64,000 nucleotides of DNA from Raja brachyura (GCA_963514005.1 OY740807.1:22258001-22322000); one strand, 5' to 3'. Positions 26,181 to 37,144 are shown, numbered from the stretch's first letter. Numbers and translations: made by a program. Notes: generated from the sequence alone by a model not told the origin.

Positions 26181-27929
26181 AAATCTCAGTTACTGTTAAT
26201 TTGCAAAACAGAGTGAAATATCTGGACATGAAGGGATTCAAGTCATATTGGGGATTGTGCAGGAAAATGGTGCTGAGGTAGAAGATCAGCCATCAGTGGA
26301 ACTGGCCGAATGGGCTTCTGTTTTCTCATTTTCTTATGTCCTTATTTTTTAATGAGGGGCAGACAGAGAAGAAAAACTGTTGGGACACAACTGAGAAACA
26401 AACCCCCCCCCAGGTCTTGATCAATCCAATGTATCTTTGAACATTTGTTTGAAAACTTGCGGTACTGCGCCTCACACCAACAGCTGCAATTCTTGCTCCA
26501 TATGCCTTACCCTGGCATCGAGCTACCCGGTTATTGATTCCCACAGTCAACAGTAGTTAACATTTCTAATCATCACAATAAAGCTTTAAACAAGCAGTTA
26601 AATTTAATTTTACATCGAGTCGCACTTTGTTGCTCTAACTGCTTCACCTGAGGGTCTGACCTGGCTTACTTTCATTGCAGGTGAACTTGGATTGTTGAGC
26701 TGACCCCAAATGCTCAGAATGCACCAGTGCCATTTTGTCACCTTTACCCTACTAAGGCAAAGTAGGTAATGGTAAGCCACTCCTCGAATGCCTTTGGGAA
26801 AACAAAATAATAATGTGTTTGGAAACGTGTCCTTGGGTGTTTATTTTTGATATAATTGTAGTTTTTATTCTAATCAAATAGTCAAAGGCGGACTATCATA
26901 GTTTTGCTGTGCATATTGCAATCTTCCAGTTAGACTGGTTCGAAGGTAATGACAGATCTATGACTGCGGAATGTGAGCAAGGAAGAGACAACTTTTGTTT
27001 TTCATCCTATTTTTTTCCAATTGTAGATTTTTGTGGATAATGGTTTTGATTGTCAGTTGAAATGGAAATCATTGAATATTTCTCTTCAGGAAAAGCAATT
27101 GGAATAAAGGCACTGGCAGCTTGTCAATGTGCCGACATCTGTTAGTAATTTGTTTATTAACTAAACATTAGTTTATTATTAATGTTTAATGTTTTCTGAG
27201 TCATTCGTAACTGTCACTGTATGTCATGTTGCTACTTGCAGGCGGAGCACCAAGGCAAATGCCTTGTATGTGAATACTTGACCAATAAACTTACTTACTT
27301 ACTTAATATTGTCTAGATTGTGACTTAAAACAACTAACTTTGCAATTGATGATGTGTCTAAAAGTGAATGCTGCCTTTGCATCTGCAATGGTGATCTGCC
27401 AGGTTCTGCTTACAGTAAGAGCTACAGGACAAAGGAGCCTTGGGCAAAGGAGTACACGGCAGGATACTCATTACGTCATATACAATAATACATATGACCT
27501 CTCGGGCAACCTCTACTACTCGTCATTCTCTGTATTGTTCTTGCTGGATGCTGGCAAGTGTTCTAGTGGGTGGGGTGGGGTGGGGGTGCATTCACTAGGG
27601 TTGTTATCTCAGGACAGTGCAGTATGTAAGATGCAAAGTTCCCAATCTGTGCATTAAAGTTTGATGCAACTGGTACAATCAATTTTCCTCCATGGGACCC
27701 CATCCAACAAAATGTTTTTGTTTGCTTGTTCGTGTCACCTCTCTATCTGTAATGTGCCACACCCGCCTGTCTGAGTTATTCAGTCCATTCAAGTCAAATT
27801 TATTGGTGCATGCGCAGGTTATGTGAGGTACAGGTACATCTAGCTTGCAGCAGCATCGTAGGAACATAGACTCAGACACACAAAAAACATAAATTAGACG
27901 TAAATTACACATACATTTTACAAGACAGT

Positions 27930-28180
27930 AAAAAATACGACATGGGAACCCTTCATGGGTTTCGGGCCTGCCACTTCTTCACTCGCCTTTGCCTCTGCCT
28001 CTGGCCCTTTTCTATGGGAAGGAATCCTGGCCTCCCACTGGTGACCCCTTCTCCTCTGGGAACCCTCCCTGCTGGCCTTCTACCCTCTCTGGACCTTGTT
28101 ATTTTCAACTGCCGGCATGACATTAACCATCTTGACTTCTCAACTACACTCACCCACTCCAATCCCTCCCCCTCTGAATG
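27930..28180 (+). mobile_element. Penelope-like element ORF fragment
   Basis: GLLPSLDLVIFNCRHDINHLDFSTTLTHSN resembles the fish PLE pre-RT region. Confidence 0.6.
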
Positions 28181-28761
28181 CACAGCTTGGGTATGAGGAA
28201 GGGTCCCGACCCAAAATATCACCTATCCATGTTCTGCAATGAAGACAAAGAAGGCTGTGGAGGCCAAGTCAATGGATATTTTTAAGGCAGTGAGTGATAG
28301 ATTCTTAATTAGTAAGGGGTGTATGGGATAATGGGGAGAAGGTAGGAGAGTGGGGTTGAGAGGGAAAGATAGATTAGCCATGATTGAATGGCAGAGTAGA
28401 CATGAGGGACCAAATGGCTTAATTCTGCTCCTATAACTTATGATCTTGTGAAGTTACTAGACTAAGTGGGACCCGTTGGGTCCCAGCATTACACACGAGG
28501 TCTGGTCCCCCAACTCAATATTCCACCTCTCCACCAATTCCAATATTGGTGGCCAGTGGGGGGGGGGGGGGGCTTTCTGGAGTGCTAGTATGGGTATTGT
28601 GGGCTGAAGGGACTGGTTTCCAGAGGGCTAGGATGGACAATGTGGGCCGAATGGATTCTTGGGCTGGCGGCTCAGTCGTTCAAGCTTGTTGTGCTGGCAG
28701 CTCACTCACTCACGGCTGGTGGGCTGGCAGTTGACTCACGGTTATTCCTTGAAATTCCATT

Positions 28762-28880
28762 TCAAGCAGGGTGCAAGGCCACCAAATTCAAGTGCAGTTT
28801 CTTACCACTTCAAGCAGGGTGCAAGGCCACCAAATTCAAGTGCAGTTTCATACCATCACAAGCAGGGTGCAAGGCCACTA
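28762..28880. repeat. 48-bp minisatellite (about 2.5 copies) inside the Helitron
   Basis: caagcagggtgcaaggccaccaaattcaagtgcagttt repeated. Confidence 0.9.
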
Positions 28881-29075
28881 AAGACAGCGAGTCGTGACCT
28901 CTCCCACACTTCTGGGTTTTATAGTCCCTCCCTCCTCCCACCAGAAGGGGCGTGGCCTTCATGGCATGATTGACAGCAAAGATTGTAGAGGAGCAAGATG
29001 CGCCATTCAGCGAAAAAAACGTAGTATCACATGTGTGATTGTCGACGCCATTTTAGCAGTGTGCCTCAACCAGAG

Positions 29076-29197
29076 ATGGCCTCGACTATGGCGTCTACAT
29101 CTAAATCTTCATCTTACTGCGCGACTATTAATTGCTCTAATGGTCAATGTAGACGACCCGACCTGTCTTTCTTTAGGTTCCCCAATAAAAAAGAAAG
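29076..29197 (+). pseudogene. Transposase exon 1 encoding the N-terminal half of a THAP zinc finger
   Basis: Translates to MASTMASTSKSSSYCATINCSNGQCRRPDLSFFRFPNKKE(R): C-x4-C plus LSFFRFP, ending in a phase-2 donor AG|gtgagg as in THAP genes; downstream exons not seen in this copy. Confidence 0.85.
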
Positions 29198-30060
29198 GTG
29201 AGGAAATATTATTATTTTCTGTCGATATTATTCTGAACTGAAAATTTTATTTTCTGTTCTCCCATCAACGGTCATTGGGAAACTAGGCTCCTCTATAATC
29301 TTTGGTTGGTACATTAGAAAGGTATTAGAATTATTTGTAATAGATCTTTACTTAGCACAATAATAAAATCAATAATTTTAACACTTCTGAAAGTTTTTGG
29401 TTTTGTTCTTGTTAGGCAGGGGTCTCCAAAATATGGCCCAGTGACCACGAGATTTTTCGAGCTCAGATTTGAGTCCGGGAACGCGGAGGCTGTTACCAGT
29501 TACCTGTTACCAGTTATGTCCCTCAAATTGTCCACACAAAATCGTGCCAATGACGATTTATTTATCTATATTACTAAAACTATGATCTTGACCGCTTTCG
29601 ACTTTCTGTTTCATGATTTCCGAGAGAACGCCGCCACATACGGCCGTCATTTTTGGCCACCTCACTCTGTCCCGGGGGGAGGGACTACAATACCCGGAAG
29701 TGTTGTGCCTCACTCAGTCTCTGCAAGAGAGAGGAAGTGAGAGGGTCATGGCTCTCTGAGTGGCGAATAACACTGAACGCACGTCTACTCAACCGTGAGT
29801 CCCCTTGATGTGGTTGTAGAGTGTTTGCCAAATTGTCTTGGCTCTTAAAATCGTTGCAACAGTTTTCGGATGGATAAAGCGAGATGGCGCTGAGTGCCTC
29901 ATTTCAGGTTCGTGGCAAGATGGCGCTGACTGCAGAAGGCACAGAATGAAGACATCGCTGAATAATTCAAGAGAGCTGATTGCTCTGTCAAAGGTTAGTG
30001 TGTTTGTTGGACATTATTTAAAGCACATATTTGCTTCAGCAGCAGCAGCCTCTACAGGAG

Positions 30061-30222
30061 NNNNNNNNNNNNNNNNNNNNNNNNNNNNNNNNNNNNNNNN
30101 NNNNNNNNNNNNNNNNNNNNNNNNNNNNNNNNNNNNNNNNNNNNNNNNNNNNNNNNNNNNNNNNNNNNNNNNNNNNNNNNNNNNNNNNNNNNNNNNNNNN
30201 NNNNNNNNNNNNNNNNNNNNNN
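30061..30222. other. Assembly gap
   Basis: Run of N. Confidence 1.
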
Positions 30223-30589
30223 GCTTCCTTGAATGATGACTTTTGAGATATTATCAGATTATCTTGGTTAAAATTTGACCGCTGAATCTCTCTATTTTTA
30301 AATTCTCTTTTTTTTAATCAACAGCAAAGAGACATAAAGACACAGTGGGCAGCAACAAGAGACACAACAAGAAAGAACTTAATAATTCTCATCTTTTAAA
30401 TTGTTCTTATATTTTAAGAATTATTCACATTTTAAACTTTAATAAATTCTTTTTCCACTTTTCATGCCTGCGTGTTCTTCATCGCAATGGGAACCTAAAG
30501 GGCAGGAATGGATACTCCGTGGGAGAGCCACTAAGAGCAAAGATCCTATAGCGGAGCAAGATGGACCACTCCTGCGAAAAACACGTAGT

Positions 30590-31553
30590 ACTGTTTTTCC
30601 TCACCTCGGTCCTAAATGACCTCCCCCTTATTCTAACACTGTGGCCCCTGGTTCTGGACTCACCCAACATTGGGAACGTTTTTCCTGCATCTAGCTTGTC
30701 CAGTACTTTTATAATTTTATATGTTTCTATAAGATTCCCCCTCATCCTTCTAAACTCCAGTGAATACAAGCCTAGTCTTTTCATTCTTTCCTCATATGAC
30801 AGTCCCGCCATCCCAGGGATCCATCTCGTGAACCTACGCTGCACTGCCTCAATCACAAGGATGTCCTTCCTCAAATTAAGAGATCAAAACAGTACACAAT
30901 ACTCCAGATGTGGTCTCACCAGAGCCCTATACAACTGCAGAAGAACCTCCTATACTGAAATCCTCTTGTTATGAAGGTCAACATTCCATTAACTTTCAAT
31001 CAAATCATCATCAAACAAACTTTATTGTCATTTAGAAATACATCGATATATGCAATTCCAAACGAAATTCTGTTGCATTTGGCTCCCCGTGCAACTGCCT
31101 GCTGTGCCTGCATGCCAACCTTTACAATGACGCCCAGGTCTCGCTGCACCTCCCCCTTGCCTAACCTAACTTCATTGGGATAATAATCTGCCCCCTTGTT
31201 TTTGCCGCCAAAGTGGATAACCTCACATTTATCTATATTACACTGCATCTGCCACGCATCTGGCCTCTCACTCAACCTGTCCAGGTCCCCCTGCAACCTC
31301 CTAACATCCTCTTCACAGTTCACACTGCCACCCAGCTTTGTATCATCCGCAAACATGCTAGTGTTGCTCCTAATTCCCTCTTCCAAATCATTAATATATA
31401 TGGTAAACAGTTGCGGCCCCAACACCGATCCTTATGGCACTCCACTCGCCACTGCCTGCCATTCTGAAAAGGACCCGTTCACTCCTACTCTTTCCTTCCG
31501 GTCTACCAACCAATTTTCTATCCATGTCAACACCCTACCCCCAATACCATGTG
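30590..31553 (-). mobile_element. Young CR1 LINE RT/C-terminal fragment with a short LINE-tail insert at about 30997-31090
   Basis: LGPQLFTIYINDLEEG...FADDTKLGG...LQGDLDRL and VQRRFTRWIPGMAGLSYEER. Confidence 0.95.
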
Positions 31554-31579
31554 CTCAAGATTGACCACTCCTGCGAAAA

Positions 31580-31924
31580 ACAATTGCCAATCGGCAATGT
31601 AAGCATCCTGACTTGTCTTTCTTCAGGTTCCCCATTAAGGAGAAAAGGTAAGAAAACATTTATTATTTCTGTGGCATATTGAAAATTGTATTTAGCTTGT
31701 TCAATCCCTCACTGTAGTTAGATCATTGAGCTCAGATAGTCGAGTCCTCATGGCAACATCCTTGTAAAAATCTTCTCCTCAAGAGCATTTTCTTTCTACC
31801 TCTATTATTTAATGCAGAATAAGAACATATTGACTGCATGATATTTTCTGTAATTTCAGATGTCGTCAGTAGACATGGTCTCCTACACCAAACTGCGGAG
31901 TATTTGTCAAATAACTGCCATCTT
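31580..31924 (+). pseudogene. Decayed THAP exon 1 (to 31646), 213-nt intron, and exon 2 remnant (from 31860)
   Basis: NRQCKHPDLSFFRFP.. ends at AG|gtaaga; acceptor ttttctgtaatttcag is followed by (R)CRQ / RHGLLHQTAEYLSNNCHL, comparable to THAP12-type RCQKW...RRADL.DKT..QL...Y.LC; frameshifted and deleted. Confidence 0.7.
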
Positions 31925-33079
31925 ATGTACATTGTGTGAAATTGTGATTTGTTACCTGCACAAAACAATGCAAATGGCAATTTATTTATTATTGTATCTA
32001 CGTTGAACGTTTTGCTCTATGGTGTAAGAAGGGGTGGGGCTATCATTGTGTTACATATGTTGAATTGTACATCACTTTCACTGGTTAGCTGATATGCTGA
32101 ACACTGCAACCCTGTATATCTCGCGCACAGAATAATGTGAATTATGTAAATCTTACCATGCATGTCAGAAATAAAGTGTTAACCATGTTAATAGGTCTCT
32201 ATTATGATTTATTTAAAATTGAGTGGGTTGGTGCAATATCGGTTCCAGCCGTCAGTGACTGCACTGCTAGCCCACCAGCCGTCAGAGACTGAACTGCCAA
32301 CCCACGAGCCATGAGTAAGTGAACTGCCAGCCCACCAGTTGTAAGTGACTGAACTGCCAGGCCAATAATCCATTCAGTCCACCCTCTCCCCCTTCTCTCT
32401 CACAGAGTCTGTCACCTGTTTTGAGCAGAATATCTGGCAGTTTCTCAGCTGCCAGCCTGTCAGGTAAGAGTGACTGTACTGCCAGGCCTCAGTGACTCAG
32501 TTGCCTGGCCTCAGTGACTGAGCTGCCAGCCCTAGAATCCATTCGAACCACAATGTCCATACTAGCCCTCTGGAAACCAGTCCCTTCGGCACACAAGTCA
32601 ACACCCATACTAGCGCAACAGAAAGCCCCCCCCCCCCACTGGCCAGCAATATTAGAATAGGTGGAGAGGTGGAATATTGCATTGGGTGACCAGCCCTCCC
32701 GTGTGATGCTGGGACACAACGGGTCCCGCTTAGTCTAGTTAATGTATATAAGTTGGAAATGTTGTCCTTTTTTTGAAATATGTTGAATTTGACATCACTT
32801 TTATTGATTAGCTGATATGCAAAGCTCTGCAACCCTGTATATTTTGCGCACAAAATGACGTAAATAAAAAGTGTTTTCCTTGTTTGTGAAGTTCAATTTA
32901 CAATTATTTTAAATTGTGGGGGTTGGTGCAAAATACTGCTGACCCACAAATGTGTCGTTATGAAACATTCACATTTTAAAAATCCACGTCTCTAAAAAAA
33001 GCAAGAAGGTACACATGTTATTTGACCAACTTATCGGCTGAATTTAAATATGTAGGTATGTACCAGAATTTTTGCTCCT

Positions 33080-33391
33080 AATTACCTCTTCAAAATCATT
33101 AATATGTATGGTAAACAGTTGTGCCCCCAACACCGAGCCTTGTGGCAAAAAATTCCAGAAGATTAGTCAAACATGATTTTCCTTTCATAAATCCATACTT
33201 GGACTAATCCTTTTACTGCTATCCAAATGTCCCATTATTGCATTTTTAATAATTGACTCCAGCATCTTTCCCACCACCGAAGCCAGGCTAACTGGTCTGT
33301 AATTCCCTGTTTTCTCTTTCGCTCCTTTCTTGAAAAGTGGGATAACATTAGCTATCCTCCAATCCACAGGAACTGATCCTAAATCTATTGA
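33080..33391 (-). mobile_element. CR1 LINE RT fragment
   Basis: DWRIANVIPLFKKGAKEKTGNYRPVSLASVVGKMLESII. Confidence 0.92.
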
Positions 33392-33629
33392 NNNNNNNNN
33401 NNNNNNNNNNNNNNNNNNNNNNNNNNNNNNNNNNNNNNNNNNNNNNNNNNNNNNNNNNNNNNNNNNNNNNNNNNNNNNNNNNNNNNNNNNNNNNNNNNNN
33501 NNNNNNNNNNNNNNNNNNNNNNNNNNNNNNNNNNNNNNNNNNNNNNNNNNNNNNNNNNNNNNNNNNNNNNNNNNNNNNNNNNNNNNNNNNNNNNNNNNNN
33601 NNNNNNNNNNNNNNNNNNNNNNNNNNNNN
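33392..33629. other. Assembly gap
   Basis: Run of N. Confidence 1.
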
Positions 33630-34455
33630 GTATATATGGTTTATGTACATCATTTGACAAATAGAATAGAGAGTAATAGTGATGCTTTAAATCAAAGTTG
33701 CTTCTGATCCATGAGAAGGAAATGTATTTATCTCTCAAGGGCCTGTCCCACCATGTCCCACCATATATTTATATGAATGTGTGTTTGTATGTGCCTGTAA
33801 TTTTGTGCACAGTGTGTGTTAAAGCAACACAAGGGAAGCTGCACAATACAATGCAAGGGAAACTACGCAAAGGTGGGGGCTGAGGAGGAAAGATGGGAGG
33901 GAAATGGGGGAAATGGGGGAACAGGGGGAAAACATTAAAATTAAATTAACTAAAATATGTGAGGTGATAGATGCGCTATATCAAACACTGTTCCCTACAA
34001 CACTGATTACATCAAGGATGAGCGGATCAAAGGATCTTTGGAGCTGCTATTTTACATGTAAACGTCTATGAATCAGTAAATATTTGACACTAACCCAATG
34101 GCAATTTACATAGCCTGCCATAGACAAACGCATGCAACAAAAGTCCACATCAAAATATAATTTATTCAAAAGACAATTAAACATTCCTGTTTGCAGGCAT
34201 CTCATTTGCAACTGCTATGTAGCTTTGGAGCGGATTACACAGCGGGAGGCACACCGCTAAAATGGCGGCTGTGCCGTTCCGTTACGTACTACACATCAGT
34301 CCATTGAATTTCAGAGGAGTGGCCTATCTTGCTCCTCCAAAATCTTTGATTGACAGGAGAGAGAATCTCAACATTTTTAAAACACTAATAACATTTTTAT
34401 TTTTCACCGACGGGAAACAGGAAGTGGTCAAGATTAGACTTTTAATTATATAGAA

Positions 34456-34870
34456 GGCAAGGCAACTTTAATTAGGCAAGGCAACTTTAATTAGGCAAGG
34501 CAACTTTAATTAGGCAAGGCAATTTTAATTAGGCAACACAGCTTTAGCATTTCCAAACCAAAGGCAACACAGCTTTAGCATTCCAAACCAAAGGCAACAC
34601 GGCTTTAGCATCTCCAAACCAAAGGCAACATGGCTTTAGCATCTCCAAACCAAAGGCCACACAGCTTTAGCATTTCCAAACCAAAGGCAACACAGCTTTA
34701 GTATTTCCAAACCAATGGCAACACAGCTTTAGAGTTTCCAAACCAAAGGCAACACAGCTTTGGCATTTCCAAACAAAAGGCAACACAGCTTTAGCATTTC
34801 CAAACCAAAGGCAACACAGCTTTAGCATTTACAAACCAAAGACAACACAGCTTTAGCATTACCAAACCAT
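34456..34870. repeat. Compound minisatellite in the Helitron: 19-bp unit x4, then about 31-bp unit x11
   Basis: GGCAAGGCAACTTTAATTA x4; GGCAACACAGCTTTAGCATTTCCAAACCAAA x11. Confidence 0.95.
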
Positions 34871-36334
34871 ATTTTCAAACCACATTAACGGCACTGACAG
34901 GTCAGTAAAACCATTCACAGTTTAGTAGACATGTCTTCAGTGTTATTCACAGCTCAGACTGAGAGATGTGACCCACTCGCTCCCCCATCTTGCAGAGACT
35001 GCCTAAGGCACTCAAAACTTCCAGGTTTTATAGTCCCTCCGGATGGGGCTTGGCCTTCAGGAGAGAGAATCTCAACATTTTTTAAACACTAATAACTCTT
35101 TTATTTTTCATCGATGGGAAAAATCCTCTTGTCCTGCGCAGTGAAGGGGGACTCTGAGTAAGATGGCCAAATATCACAGCCGTAAGTGGCAGCGTTTTTT
35201 TCTAAAATCAATATACAGAACAACAGGAAGTGGTCAAGATCAGACTTTTAGTAATATAGATGCCTGACCTGCTGAGTTACTCCAACACTTTGTGTCTTTA
35301 TGGGTTCATCCCCACCAGGAACTGGACTGAAACTGTCCTGTTGTCAGTTGCACTTTTAAGATCTCACTTGTTGCCCAGTGAATATGGTGGCCCTATCTTT
35401 GGACTGCTACGTTCCTTTAGCTAATAGCATTTGACACACAGGCAATTCCAAGTACTTGGCCCGGTGACAATTAAGGTATTTACAATCAATCTAATGATCG
35501 GTGATTGATGTTTTATTGATCAGTGGGAATGAGGCCAACAGGGCAATAGATTGGGTTAGACTTGCTGTATTCTTGCAGATAAAACGTAAGTTAGGAAAGA
35601 TCCATATTGTCACTGGGGCATTGACATGGTTTGGCACTTGGAACCAAAACAGTCTGTTTGGAGTGAATCCAGGTAATAGCCACTGCAGCATTCAATTCCC
35701 ACTGCATTCTGTGTGAATTCTTTCCTCAACACATTGTGTGTGTGAAACTGATTCCCCGGGAAGAACGCAATCCTTCGCAAGGAATGAAGGGACCTGCCAA
35801 GTAAAATAGATTAAGATTTGGTGTCTTAACAAAATCTTTCTCACAAGTCTGCATTTTGGCAAAAGAGCAGAAGGAAGGAACAAACTGGAGCCGAAGGAAC
35901 GAAATAAAGGCAAAGATTGTTCAAAAACAAGATTGTGGGCTTCTTGGTGGTCCCAATGTCAGAACAGGAAGATCTGTTTTAGCCACATCTTTAGTTGTAG
36001 CTGACATTGATGTCCAAATTTAGATGTGAATCATAAATGGAGCAACCACACTTAGCAGAACAGAGCCCCGAAATTCAAACAATGGTTGCAGCAATTCTTA
36101 TGGTCCACAAACCACAGTTGGGATGTAAAGAAAAGTGACTGCAGATGCTGGAATCCTGAGCAAAAAATAAACAGCTGGGGGAACTCAGCGGGTCAGGAAG
36201 CATCGGTGGAGGGAACTGGAGAGACGATGCTTTGGGTCTGAAGAAGGGTCCTGAACAGGAAATGTCATCTGTTCTTCACTCTCCACAGATATGGCCTGAC
36301 CCGCTGAGTTCCTCCAAATTTGCTTTTCGTTCGT

Positions 36335-36885
36335 AAGGTCATAAGTGATAAGAGCAGAATCATGTCATTCAGCCTATCATGTCTACTCCGCCATTCAATC
36401 ATGGCTGATCTATCTCTTCCTCCTAACCTCATTCTTCTGACTTCTCCCCATAACCTCTGACACCCATACTAATCAAAAATATCCACTGAGTTGGCCTCCA
36501 CAACCTTCTGTGGCAAAGAATTCCACAGATTCCACCCTGTGACTGAAGAAATTCCTCCTCATCTCCTTCCTAAAAAAATGTCCTTTCATTCTGATGCTGT
36601 GATCTCTAGTATTAGACTCTCCCACAAGTGGAAACATCCTCTCCACATCCTCTTTCCAAGCCTTTCACTATTCTGTACATTTCTATGACGTCCCCCCCTA
36701 AACTCCAGCGAGTATAGGCCCAAACGCTCATCATATGTTAAACCACTCATTCCTGGGATCATTCTTGAAAACCTCCTCTGGACCCTCTCCAGAGCCAGCA
36801 CATCCTTCCACAGATATGGTGCCCAAAATTGCTCACAATATTCCAAATGCGGCCTGACCAGGAGCCTCAGCATTACACCCCTCAT
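36335..36885 (-). mobile_element. CR1 LINE 3' fragment
   Basis: LVRPHLEYCEQFWAPYL...LERVQRRFSRMIPGM plus CR1 3'UTR. Confidence 0.92.
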
Positions 36886-37144
36886 GGATTGGATGTGCCT
36901 GAAGAAAGCGTAATGGTCTGTGGAAAGGGCAAAACAACATTTCCTCCTTCCAAAACTACTTCTGTTGCCAAGGAAGAATTTCTCCTCATTATGTAACTGA
37001 ATAAGGCAAGTAGTCTGAAATTAAAGGTAGGTCCAAACGAGCTCACACAATGCTGATGCTACTTGAGTGTGAACACAATTGTCCTTGGCTTACTTTCGCA
37101 CTAATCCACCTTCCGACCTAATCGGACTTCTGTTATTTACTTAC

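Larger units (their letters stand above)
30538..32236 (+). mobile_element. Second, truncated THAP-transposon copy inside the plus-strand Helitron
   Basis: Left end CAAAGATCCTATAGCGGAGCAAGAT; THAP exon remnants; 32050-32236 is paralogous to 32775-32930 of the outer element; no right TIR seen. Confidence 0.7.
29565..32738 (+). mobile_element. Non-autonomous Helitron nested in the THAP transposon
   Basis: 5' end A|TCTATATTACTAAAACTATGATCTTGACC; 3' hairpin GGGACAC-AAC-GGGTCCC (32711-32727) then CTAG|T; the 3' region mirrors 28457-28740. Confidence 0.85.
28977..34348 (+). mobile_element. THAP-domain DNA transposon (P-element-like; hAT/THAP12-like not excluded), internally deleted
   Basis: 23-bp TIRs CAAAGATTGTAGAGGAGCAAGAT vs CAAAGATTTTGGAGGAGCAAGAT (21/23); perfect 8-bp TSD ATTGACAG (28969-28976, 34349-34356); subterminal inverted 22-mer (29046-29067 / 34246-34267); THAP exon about 100 bp inside the left TIR. 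Confidence 0.85.
28457..35260 (-). mobile_element. Non-autonomous Helitron (composite, two 5' ends) carrying nested insertions
   Basis: Minus 5' end A|TCTATATTACTAAAAGTCTGATCTTGACC at 35260 and a second 5' end TCTATATAATTAAAAGTCTAATCTTGACC at 34454. The 3' hairpin GGGACCC-n3-GGGTCCC (28468-28484) precedes CTAG|T at 28457; no TSD. Confidence 0.85.

Noticed and set aside
29417-29445. CAGGGGTCTCCAAA hAT-Charlie-like left end
   Set aside because: No matching right TIR or TSD was found.
30450-30530. Minus-strand FRFPL...KW that resembles a third THAP fragment
   Set aside because: It has a stop or frameshift immediately after, no upstream C-x4-C, and is too short to support.
33330-33738. ORFs containing long X runs (also at 29838-30246)
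   Set aside because: Artefacts of translating through assembly gaps.
34532-34870. 31-bp repeat array superficially like a CRISPR
   Set aside because: The units are directly adjacent with no unique spacers, there are no cas genes and the context is eukaryotic; it is a Helitron minisatellite.
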